Positions 56,267-64,000 of a DNA stretch of 64,000 bases are shown one piece after another. The stretch is from contig DAOTJS010000005.1 in assembly GCA_035448825.1 (NCBI GenBank), forward strand, positions 6,096-70,095. The letters run 5' to 3'. The notes below the pieces were generated by a model. The model was not told the origin of the DNA, did no database searches, and saw nothing but the letters and a program-made list of their open reading frames with translations. The first letter of the stretch is position 1. Each line of letters starts with the position of its first letter. The stretch comes from Fidelibacterota bacterium (GTDB lineage: Bacteria > Fidelibacterota > UBA2242). The position numbers and the translations under genes are program-made.

Positions 56267-57722
56267 TGGAACCACCATAAAATTTTTGCACGATTTCTCC
56301 GTCGTAAAATGGATACCTGACTCCGCGAATTTCCTGATAAGGTTCATGACCTTTACCAAGAATTGCGATGATGTCGTTTTGCTGAGCATTTTTTAAAGTA
56401 TCAAAGATGGCTGATTGTCGGTCAACGATTACTTTGAAATTGTACCCACTTGAAAAACCCTTAATAATGTCAGCAATAATATCTTGCGGCTCTTCGAAGC
56501 GCGGATTGTCGGTAGTGACGATAGCCAAATCGGCTAAGGATTCGACGGCCTGCGCCATCTTGGGACGTTTATCGCGATCGCGATTGCCGCCGCAACCGAA
56601 AACCACAATTAAACGCCCATTTGCAGGAAGCATCCTGCGTAAAGTCTGTAGGACGTTAGTGATTGCATCTGGTGTATGAGCATAATCTATGAAAACGCGA
56701 AAATTGCCGGGTTGCGCAATTTCCTGCAAACGACCAGGTACAGATGTTACTCTGGCTAAAGCTGAGGTGATGGTTTTTTCGTCAATGTTCAGATTGACCG
56801 CTACCGCCGTAGCCGCTAAAATGTTTTTCAAATTGAATTGTCCCGATAGGCGACTCTTGATTTCTATTTTGCCGTGCGGAGTTAAAATTTCACCGGAAAT
56901 GCCGTCAACCCAGGTTACTCCGGGCGCCCAGGTAAAATCGGCGGCTTTCGTTAGAGAATAGGTGACTAGACGGGATTTCGCAGATTTCTGGAATAAATCG
57001 GAATAATTGTCATCGAGATTATTGACTACGAATCCATCTTTTTCGATCATTCCGAAAAGTTGGCTCTTGGTTGCGGCGTATTCATCGAGACTATGGTGAA
57101 AGTCAAGGTGATCCTGCGAAATATTAGTAAACACGGCGGCTTTAAAATGGACATCATCTACGCGATGAAGCGCAAGAGCATGTGAAGATACTTCCATAGC
57201 CGCTACCTCGACCCCGCGATCGAGCATTTTTTTGAAAATTTGCTGTAATTGAATACTGTCGGGAGTAGTCAAGTTAGAGGAAAAACGCTCGTCTTCGATT
57301 GAGTAACCCAGTGTACCGACTGTGCCGCGCTTTATCCCGGCTTCTTTGAATATTTCATTTAATAGGTAAACGGTAGTAGTTTTCCCATTTGTGCCAGTAA
57401 CACCGACGATCGTCATATTTTTTGTCGGATTATCATAGAAATTGGCGGCGGCTTTAGAAAGCGCCATTTTGGTGTCGGCAACGATAATCTGCGGGATAGA
57501 TTCGTCGGCGACTGGTTCTTCGACCACAACGGCAGCCGCGCCGTTTTGAATTGCATTTTTAACATATTTATGGCCGTCATCCTTAGCGCCGCGAATTGCG
57601 AAAAAGAGAGCGCCCTCAATCAACTCGTTGGAATTAACACTAAGAACCGATACCGAAAAAGGCAAGTTTCCGAGCCGACGATATTCGATACTTTTTAATA
57701 TTTCGGAAATTAAATTACTCAA
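56259..57722 (-). CDS. murE: UDP-N-acetylmuramoyl-L-alanyl-D-glutamate--2,6-diaminopimelate ligase
   Basis: 487 aa with GTNGKTTT. The DNPR motif (TTDNPRFE) is characteristic of meso-DAP-adding enzymes. Confidence 0.95.
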   Translation of the reverse strand: MSNLISEILKSIEYRRLGNLPFSVSVLSVNSNELIEGALFFAIRGAKDDGHKYVKNAIQNGAAAVVVEEPVADESIPQIIVADTKMALSKAAANFYDNPTKNMTIVGVTGTNGKTTTVYLLNEIFKEAGIKRGTVGTLGYSIEDERFSSNLTTPDSIQLQQIFKKMLDRGVEVAAMEVSSHALALHRVDDVHFKAAVFTNISQDHLDFHHSLDEYAATKSQLFGMIEKDGFVVNNLDDNYSDLFQKSAKSRLVTYSLTKAADFTWAPGVTWVDGISGEILTPHGKIEIKSRLSGQFNLKNILAATAVAVNLNIDEKTITSALARVTSVPGRLQEIAQPGNFRVFIDYAHTPDAITNVLQTLRRMLPANGRLIVVFGCGGNRDRDKRPKMAQAVESLADLAIVTTDNPRFEEPQDIIADIIKGFSSGYNFKVIVDRQSAIFDTLKNAQQNDIIAILGKGHEPYQEIRGVRYPFYDGEIVQKFYGGSND

Positions 57723-59718
57723 GGGGCGTCCGTATCGGTTGAAGTTTCAATGTGCATTTGGCGTGCGGATTGATTGGCGAATGAGGTGCCGGTTTTTGAG
57801 CTACTACCACTCCCGCGCCGTCAATTTCAATATCGTCAATTCCGATTTCATGTAAAATTCCCACAGCCTGTCTGAGAGTTTTTCCACAAAGATCCGGCAT
57901 TTGATTGGTATAAATCGCAGTCGTCAGATTAGGATGATAAGTGTCATCGGACGTTTGAGGAATATCGGCAACAGCCGGTTGGGTTTCATAGGCATAATTA
58001 GCTGGAGGGGTCGGCAGGGGAGCGGGTTCATCAAAGAATAAATCATCAGACTGGTTCACGATCCTTTTGAAAACTTCTCTGACAACCGGCGCCGAAACTC
58101 CACCGCCGGTATGTCTGATACCTTTAGGATTGTCAATTACGACTACACATAACAATTTAGGATTATCAGCCGGAAAGAAGCCGACAAAGGAAGCCATATA
58201 CTCGGTCTGACTGTAAACCCCATTGACGACTTTCTGGGCGGTTCCAGTTTTTCCTGCAATGGCTAAACCATTGATATCCGCCCGTGTACCGGTGCCACTA
58301 ATGACAGTCAATCTCAGCAATTCGCGCAGGGTGTTCATTGTCTCGCTACTGGCAACTCGCCTGATGTAAACCGGTTGGGCGTTGAAAATTTCAATGCCGT
58401 CTTTGGTTTTGATAGTTTTGACGATTTGGGGTTTAAGCAATAAGCCACCGTTAGCGATGGCCGCGTAAGCCATCCCGGTTTGTAAAGCCGTGACGCAGAC
58501 TCCTTGACCAATAGCAACTTGCGCCAGAACAAGGTCAGTCCATTTTTTGAATGGGTGTAAAATTCCGGATTCTTCACCGGGAAATTGGATGTCGGTTTTT
58601 GCTCCAAACCCGAACTTTCGGGCATAGTTAAATATTCGATCTTTTCCCGTTAACTGGGCGACTTTGATAGTTCCGACGTTACTGCTGTTTTTAATAACTT
58701 CGGCGAAAGTTAATATACTGTATTTATCGTGATCGCGAATTATCCGATTTCCGACTTGAACATAACCGGGATTGCAATCAATTTTGTGGTTAGGTTGCAA
58801 TACTTTATTATCAAGAGCGGCGGTAGCGGTTACGATCTTGAAGATTGATCCGGGCTCGAAAATATCCGAAACTACTGCATTACGTTGAACCGAGACTGGG
58901 TATTTAGAAGGTTCATTAGAATTGAAAGGTGGTAAATTGACCATCGCCAGAATACTGCCATCATTGGGATTTATCACGATGCCCATCGCTTTTTCGGCTT
59001 TGGTTTCGGTATAAGCCTGTAAAAGTTCCTCATATAAAATCGTCTGGTATTCTTGATCAATCGTCAAGACAATATCATTGCCGTCAATACTATTTTTAGA
59101 AGGTAAATCCGGCCGATAATGAAGTCGTCCCCAGCCGTCTTTTTGAACCATAATCCAGCCGGGCGTTCCGCAAAGTAAACCTTCTAATCCGTTTTCCAGA
59201 CCGCAAACTCCCCGATTATCTATGTTGGTAAAACCAAGCAATTGACCGGTTATTTCACCCAGTGGGTAATAGCGTTTAACATTTTTTTCGATAACCAATC
59301 CAGGAGTTTTTTCGTATTTTTCATAATTTTGAAAACCAGAGTAAGGAACTTCGCGTTCCAACCAGACGAAAGTCTTGTTGGATTCTAAAAGTTTAAGGTA
59401 TCGGTCGGGTTTGGCACTCAAATCATTAGCCAGAGCGCTGGCTAAACGGGCTTTATCTGGAACCAAATAGGGATGCGCCGCAATTGAATAACTAATTAAA
59501 TCAATGGTTAAAGCCTTGCCATTGCGATCGTAAAACGTACCTCGGCGCGGTAAAATTGCTTTTCGCAAATTGGCTTGATTACTACACAATTCCTGATATT
59601 TTTTAGAATTTAAAACTTGAATATAAAAAAGTCGTGCTATTAAAGCTGCCCAGAGAATGACTAATGTGCCACTAACCAGTAAAGTCTTTTTTCGTATAGA
59701 TTTAAATTGATTAGCCAT
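57715..59718 (-). CDS. ftsI: peptidoglycan D,D-transpeptidase FtsI (class B PBP) with a C-terminal PASTA-like domain
   Basis: 667 aa with an N-terminal TM helix, SIFK (SxxK), SSN and KTGTA motifs. The C-terminus MPDLCGKTLRQAVGILHEIGIDDIEIDGAGVVVAQKPAP..KCTLKL is PASTA-like. Confidence 0.93.
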   Translation of the reverse strand: MANQFKSIRKKTLLVSGTLVILWAALIARLFYIQVLNSKKYQELCSNQANLRKAILPRRGTFYDRNGKALTIDLISYSIAAHPYLVPDKARLASALANDLSAKPDRYLKLLESNKTFVWLEREVPYSGFQNYEKYEKTPGLVIEKNVKRYYPLGEITGQLLGFTNIDNRGVCGLENGLEGLLCGTPGWIMVQKDGWGRLHYRPDLPSKNSIDGNDIVLTIDQEYQTILYEELLQAYTETKAEKAMGIVINPNDGSILAMVNLPPFNSNEPSKYPVSVQRNAVVSDIFEPGSIFKIVTATAALDNKVLQPNHKIDCNPGYVQVGNRIIRDHDKYSILTFAEVIKNSSNVGTIKVAQLTGKDRIFNYARKFGFGAKTDIQFPGEESGILHPFKKWTDLVLAQVAIGQGVCVTALQTGMAYAAIANGGLLLKPQIVKTIKTKDGIEIFNAQPVYIRRVASSETMNTLRELLRLTVISGTGTRADINGLAIAGKTGTAQKVVNGVYSQTEYMASFVGFFPADNPKLLCVVVIDNPKGIRHTGGGVSAPVVREVFKRIVNQSDDLFFDEPAPLPTPPANYAYETQPAVADIPQTSDDTYHPNLTTAIYTNQMPDLCGKTLRQAVGILHEIGIDDIEIDGAGVVVAQKPAPHSPINPHAKCTLKLQPIRTPLE

Positions 59719-60032
59719 TATTTAACTGCCAAAATTTTTGGATCTATAATAACTGCTAATGTTTCCGGTAAGGGAGTAACCATCTCGATTTCAGTTGTCG
59801 CAATATTTTTAATGCGATCTGCCCGACTTAAACTTTCAATTTCGACTACCAGCATTTGATTGCGGGCAATTAGGCTGGCTTCTTTGCGTTTCAATTGGTC
59901 AATTTCGCGATACAGAGCGTTGGTAGTGTTGTAAATCCAGACATAAAATACCATCGAACCGACGAGCACAAAAAAACCAACGACCAATAATAGATTTTTT
60001 CTCCTTTTATGAGATGACCTTCGGCTGGACAT
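59718..60032 (-). CDS. ftsL: cell division protein FtsL
   Basis: 104 aa with a basic N-terminus, a single TM helix and a coiled coil (..YREIDQLKRKEASLIARNQML..). It lies between rsmH and ftsI. Confidence 0.8.
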   Translation of the reverse strand: MSSRRSSHKRRKNLLLVVGFFVLVGSMVFYVWIYNTTNALYREIDQLKRKEASLIARNQMLVVEIESLSRADRIKNIATTEIEMVTPLPETLAVIIDPKILAVK

Positions 60033-60041
60033 ATTTTCTCT

Positions 60042-60980
60042 CTATAATTTCTCCGCCGCCCGCAATCTGGCACTCCGCGCCCGTGAATTTCTTTGGATTT
60101 CGGATTTATTCGGAACTATCGGACGATTCGTTAAAATTTTCAACTGAGCGTGGTGATTACACTGACAAATCGGGAATTCCGGAGGGCAGATGCAATCGCG
60201 GGCTTCATTTTGAAAAAATTGCTTGACAATCCGATCCTCAATTGAATGATAAGAAATGACGACTATCCGTCCGGAAGGGGCTAATAAGGAAATAGCATCT
60301 GATAGACCTTGTCGCAAAGCGTCTAATTCCCGATTAATGTGAATCCGAATTGCCTGAAAAATGCGACTCAAAGTTTTTACCTGGAATTGACCTGGAACTT
60401 CTTCACGAATGATAGCGGCTAATTGACCGGTAGTTTTAATAGGGTCTTTAGCTCTTTCCGTTATTATTCGACGGGCAATTTTCTGGCTGAAACGCTCTTC
60501 ACCATATTCTTTGAAAACCGATGCCAATTCTTTTTGGGAAGCCGTATTGATAAACTCCATTGCATTCTGAGCAGTATCAGGCGAGAAACGCATATCGAGA
60601 GGCCCATTCTGACTAAAAGTGAAACCGCGCTCCGGATTGTCCAGAGCAAACGACGATAGCCCCAGATCCATTAAAATGCCGTCAACTTTTGGAAATCCTG
60701 CCCGATAGCAAACCCGTTTCAAATCAGCAAAATTAGCCGTAATAAACTGGTGGGGTTGAGATATCGAAATATTTTGGGCGCAATACTGCACCGCACTCGG
60801 ATCGGCATCTATGCCAATTAGATATGCGTCATTATCTAAATGCTGAGCTATTGTTTGAAAATGACCACCGGTACCCAGCGTGCAGTCAACGTAAATTCCC
60901 GTCGGTCTATTGATCAAAAATTGGATTGTTGGTTCAACCAATACGGGAATATGAAGGGTAGTCATGCCATAATTTTCCAA
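60042..60980 (-). CDS. rsmH: 16S rRNA (cytosine1402-N4)-methyltransferase
   Basis: 312 aa: HIPVL, DCTLGTGGH, DLGLSS, and SYHSIEDR. Confidence 0.96.
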   Translation of the reverse strand: MENYGMTTLHIPVLVEPTIQFLINRPTGIYVDCTLGTGGHFQTIAQHLDNDAYLIGIDADPSAVQYCAQNISISQPHQFITANFADLKRVCYRAGFPKVDGILMDLGLSSFALDNPERGFTFSQNGPLDMRFSPDTAQNAMEFINTASQKELASVFKEYGEERFSQKIARRIITERAKDPIKTTGQLAAIIREEVPGQFQVKTLSRIFQAIRIHINRELDALRQGLSDAISLLAPSGRIVVISYHSIEDRIVKQFFQNEARDCICPPEFPICQCNHHAQLKILTNRPIVPNKSEIQRNSRARSARLRAAEKL

Positions 60981-60989
60981 ACATCAAGA

Positions 60990-61442
60990 TTAAAGAATAT
61001 CGCCCAGGTCTTCGTAATATTCATCATCCAGAGGAATCGAAGACTCTTCATGTTTTTCAAGTGTTTCTGGATCCCATAATTCGAGACGATTCAATACCCC
61101 AATGATTGTGGCTTCCTTTTTAATATGAGCGTATTCCAGCAAACTTGTCGGTATCAAAATACGTCCCTGACCGTCACATTTCAAACGAACGGAACTACGA
61201 GCCAGTGCCCGAATAAATGCCCGATTTTTCTTCTTAAAATAGGATAATTTCAGCAGTTTTTCAGATAACGCATCCCATTCTGTCGAAGGATAGGCGACCA
61301 GACAGGGATCTGAACCTTTAGTAACAACGAAGGTACACTCGCCGTCCTGACCATCCGACCAGTGACGATACTTTGCGGGAATGCTCAAGCGATTTTTTTC
61401 ATCGAGTGGGTGGCGGGTTTCACCGGCAAAGGCAGTAATCAT
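60990..61442 (-). CDS. mraZ: transcriptional regulator MraZ
   Basis: 150 aa with two DxxxR-type SpoVT/AbrB-like halves (LDEKNRLSIPAKYR / CDGQGRILIP). Confidence 0.93.
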   Translation of the reverse strand: MITAFAGETRHPLDEKNRLSIPAKYRHWSDGQDGECTFVVTKGSDPCLVAYPSTEWDALSEKLLKLSYFKKKNRAFIRALARSSVRLKCDGQGRILIPTSLLEYAHIKKEATIIGVLNRLELWDPETLEKHEESSIPLDDEYYEDLGDIL

Positions 61443-61467
61443 CAGGTTAGAAGTTTCCTCGCATTTT

Positions 61468-61532
61468 TGGGATTATTTGGGATTTCTTACCACATTCACC
61501 CACAAAATAGGACAAAAAAAACTAATTGTCAA
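61468..61532 (-). promoter_or_regulatory. candidate dcw promoter (TTGACA-17-TATTTT) followed by four 10-bp-phased TGGG-type MraZ-box candidates
   Basis: On the minus strand, the -35 element is at 61532-61527 and the -10 element at 61509-61504. Next come GTGGG (61503-61499) and GTGGT (61493-61489). On the plus strand, TGGGA occurs at 61478-61482 and 61468-61472. All four have 10-11 bp spacing. Confidence 0.45.
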
Positions 61533-61612
61533 GAGTTTTTTTTAAAGGTTTTAAGAAGATTAATGGGTTATTTAAAAAGAGGAGAAATTAAAATGAAGAA
61601 AAGTTATTGAGA

Positions 61613-62392
61613 TTAAAAACTCTGACGCCTAATAATCCCATCATTGGTTATTATTAAACGGGTTGGAATGCCAGGAACGCCAACCGGGCCTAAGTCTTTT
61701 CCATTTAAAACTAGATTAATAGAAGCGGGGCGACCAATTTGCATATCGAATTGCTCTTTGGCGATCATTTCTTTTTTATAAAGTGGTGGCAGAGTTGCTT
61801 CAAAAGTCGTACGATTATCTGTGACAATCCGCACCCAGCAGCTGTCTTTAGTTGTAATAGTTAAATTCAATTCGCTTTTGGGAACTGCTACTTCGAGATC
61901 GGAACTCGGAGGAATAGTTTGAGTTGTGTCAGTTGGAGTAATTTTCGGTAGTGCGGTATTACTGCTCGTCTTTTTTTCATCCATTAAAACCTGTCTGAGG
62001 ACTGCAATCAAAAAAACGAGAATCACAAAAACGATTATTACAGTAGAAAAATTGCGATTTTGTTTTTTTACTGTTATTGGTTTTTCTGGTTTTTCCGGCT
62101 TTTGTGAAATGGGTAAACTCGGCTTAATGTTGTTGTCAGGAACTGCCGGTGTCTCAACTGGTTCGCCGAGCGATTCCTCGAAATTTTTAAGAATTGCTTC
62201 AGGGTCTAAATTTAATTCCTGAGAATAGGCTTTCAGGAATAAACGCATATATGTTTTCGGCAATATTTTTAGATCACCGGATTCGATGGCTGTGATTATT
62301 TCTTTGCTGATTTTGGTCCGGCTGGAAATCTGCTCAACGGTAAGTCCCTGTGCTTCTCTGCTTTGTTTTAATATTTCATAAAACGTTGCCAT
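61613..62392 (-). CDS. rodZ: RodZ-like cytoskeleton protein (HTH, TM helix, C-terminal DUF4115-like domain)
   Basis: 259 aa with an N-terminal XRE-type HTH (GLTVEQISSRTKISKEIITAIESGD), a central TM helix (FSTVIIVFVILVFLIAVL) and a C-terminal beta-rich domain. Confidence 0.75.
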   Translation of the reverse strand: MATFYEILKQSREAQGLTVEQISSRTKISKEIITAIESGDLKILPKTYMRLFLKAYSQELNLDPEAILKNFEESLGEPVETPAVPDNNIKPSLPISQKPEKPEKPITVKKQNRNFSTVIIVFVILVFLIAVLRQVLMDEKKTSSNTALPKITPTDTTQTIPPSSDLEVAVPKSELNLTITTKDSCWVRIVTDNRTTFEATLPPLYKKEMIAKEQFDMQIGRPASINLVLNGKDLGPVGVPGIPTRLIITNDGIIRRQSF

Positions 62393-62459
62393 TGTTCCTC
62401 TAGTTCATTTCCATTGTTGCAAATATCAGAAAAATTCCTATTAATTTCAATAAAAACTT

Positions 62460-63059
62460 TCAGAGGCAGATAGAAAGTTCATTTTTAACCTGTTCGTAGA
62501 AAGCCGGTAGCGGAAAACCGACCACATTATAAAAACATCCGTTAATCTTCTCGACGAAAATAGCGCTGAAATCCTGAATGGCGTAAGCCCCGGCTTTATC
62601 GAACGGATGATAATTTTCGACGTAATATTGGATTTCCGCCAAAGGAATTTCTTTAAATCTGACCCGGGTTCGTACTGCATTTTTTAAATAACGACCATTT
62701 GCGGAATTCAGAACGCAATATCCAGTGAAGACACTATGTTCGACGCCGCTCAGGAATTTTAACATCTGAACTGCCTCGTTTTCGTTCTGTGGTTTTCCTA
62801 AAATTCTGTTTTTACAAACGACGACAGTATCGGCTCCGATAATCCAAGCTTTCGGATAGCGAGGTGCTACGGTTTGGGCTTTATTCAGGGCATGTTTTAT
62901 AACGATGGTTGTCGGCGATTTGCCAATTGAATTGTTTTCGATATAATGGGGAGGACAGACTTCGTATTTCAGTCCAATCATGTCTAAAATTTCTTTCCGG
63001 CGCGGCGATTGAGAAGCCAAAACAACCGGCATGGAATACCAATTGAGTTGGGTCGTCAT
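62460..63059 (-). CDS. maf: Maf-like nucleoside triphosphate pyrophosphatase
   Basis: 199 aa: VLASQSPRRKEIL, GADTVV, and GAYAIQ. The start may be the Met at 63032. Confidence 0.9.
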   Translation of the reverse strand: MTTQLNWYSMPVVLASQSPRRKEILDMIGLKYEVCPPHYIENNSIGKSPTTIVIKHALNKAQTVAPRYPKAWIIGADTVVVCKNRILGKPQNENEAVQMLKFLSGVEHSVFTGYCVLNSANGRYLKNAVRTRVRFKEIPLAEIQYYVENYHPFDKAGAYAIQDFSAIFVEKINGCFYNVVGFPLPAFYEQVKNELSICL

Positions 63060-64000
63060 GATTTCACCATTTTTCCAATGAAGGTATCTTTTTGGTTTGA
63101 ATCGGATGATTGGACTTGAATTTTATAGAGATAAATACCTCGGGAGATTTCATCGCCGAAATCGTCACATCCGTCCCAATTCACTTGATGGAAACCGGGC
63201 GGTAAGATTTCATCACTCGATATAGTTTTAATTTTTAGTCCGCGGATGGTAAAGACGGTGATTTTTACTTGTCCGGGTTGAGTAAGATAAAAGACAAAGT
63301 CGGTTGTACTACTAAATGGATTGGGATAATTGACCACTTTTTCCAATTTCAATTTATCAGAACTGGCAAGGACAAATTCAGCCGTGGCGGTCGAATAATT
63401 GTTAGCGTTATCCCAGGCTTTAACGGTGAGTTGATGGGTTCCCGGTGAAAGATCCGGCAAATTGCTGGTGATAATACCTGAAGAGTCGCTATCTACATCG
63501 TACACAAAATCTTCGGTCATTTCAAAAATAAGGTCCTCGTCATTATCAAAACAAAAGGTTATATCATGTCCGAGTTTGCCGGCGATGTTAATTCCGACCG
63601 GATCTATAATTGATACTTTTATTTTAGCATCAGGGGCGATGACATCGCCGCTTTTAAAATCCATACCTTCGAAGCCGATAACAATTTGCGGTCCGCTAGT
63701 GTCCTCGAATTGAGTGGTACCGATAAACAACAGCGAATCATAACAACCGGCAAAATCAATCATGTTCGAAGTATTCCAACCGTAAACCTTGATCCTACCA
63801 AAAAGGTTCATATAACTAAGGTCTTTTGGGATGTAAAAGCGAGAAGAAAATTCGCTATTTTCAATTTTCAGATTGCCCCGATAGAGTGCTTCGCCGGAAA
63901 GAGTGTAACTAAGACTCTGCTTAACTTTAGCATCGTCGAGGTAATAGCGAGTTACATAGCGATCACTGTCAAAGACATTGATAAGACCGTCGCCGTTGAA
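63056..64000 (-). CDS. T9SS-sorted large protein, C-terminal part (5' end outside window); possibly peptidase C25/PorU-like
   Basis: The frame is open from 63811 up to nt 64000 (FNGDGLINVFDSDRY..). It has an Ig-like block GTHQLTVKAWDNANN and the C-terminal domain VVNYPNPFSSTTDFVFYL..GIYLYKIQV. The family assignment beyond the T9SS domain is tentative. Confidence 0.7.
   Translation of the reverse strand, partial: FNGDGLINVFDSDRYVTRYYLDDAKVKQSLSYTLSGEALYRGNLKIENSEFSSRFYIPKDLSYMNLFGRIKVYGWNTSNMIDFAGCYDSLLFIGTTQFEDTSGPQIVIGFEGMDFKSGDVIAPDAKIKVSIIDPVGINIAGKLGHDITFCFDNDEDLIFEMTEDFVYDVDSDSSGIITSNLPDLSPGTHQLTVKAWDNANNYSTATAEFVLASSDKLKLEKVVNYPNPFSSTTDFVFYLTQPGQVKITVFTIRGLKIKTISSDEILPPGFHQVNWDGCDDFGDEISRGIYLYKIQVQSSDSNQKDTFIGKMVKS

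Overview
A 64-kb chromosomal window that is mostly housekeeping operons. The organism is probably a diderm of the FCB superphylum. I infer this from three proteins ending in NYPNPF-type T9SS sorting domains and from the gene families present; no marker gene supports it. No rRNA, tRNA or CRISPR array was seen.

Gene content from left to right:
- 1-2544: a hexuronate pair (DUF4861-like protein and UxaE-like epimerase).
- 2559-10214, minus strand: a complete succinate/propionate module. It holds a split B12 methylmalonyl-CoA mutase, MeaB, an epimerase, and Na+-pumping methylmalonyl-CoA decarboxylase genes mmdA, mmdD, mmdC and mmdB. A GxxExxY nuclease-fold gene flanked by inverted repeat arrays interrupts it.
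- 10745-18180: fhs, a nitroreductase, a TPR protein, a Tat-signal dipeptide epimerase, an MFS transporter, a small OMP-like protein and an MliC-like lipoprotein.
- 18179-19480: an IS200/RayT-like Y1 transposase gene embedded in a tandem array of 113-nt double-hairpin repeats.
- 19482-24194: thrA, thrB and thrC.
- 24530-29234: secreted GH5, GH43 and GH39 enzymes.
- 29408-30043: a second RayT-like gene, with a different REP family around it and apparently inside it.
- 30123-37408: the argR, argG, argH, argC, argJ, argB, argD operon, with candidate ARG boxes over its promoter.
- 37961-45114: mscS, a 1771-aa T9SS-sorted surface protein and rpmB.
- 45195-61442: a full dcw cluster (mraZ, rsmH, ftsL, ftsI, murE, murF, mraY, murD, ftsW, murG, murC, a gap, ftsQ, ftsA, ftsZ).
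- 61613-64000: rodZ, maf and the 3' part of another T9SS-sorted protein.

The unusual content is non-coding or selfish DNA:
- At least four families of REP-like hairpin repeats, several showing compensatory stem changes.
- Two REPtron-like transposase loci.
- A terminal-inverted-repeat (TIR)-bracketed nuclease-fold cassette inside a metabolic operon.
- A 309-bp structured gap inside the otherwise gapless dcw operon.

All product calls rest on motif recognition from memory. No searches were run.
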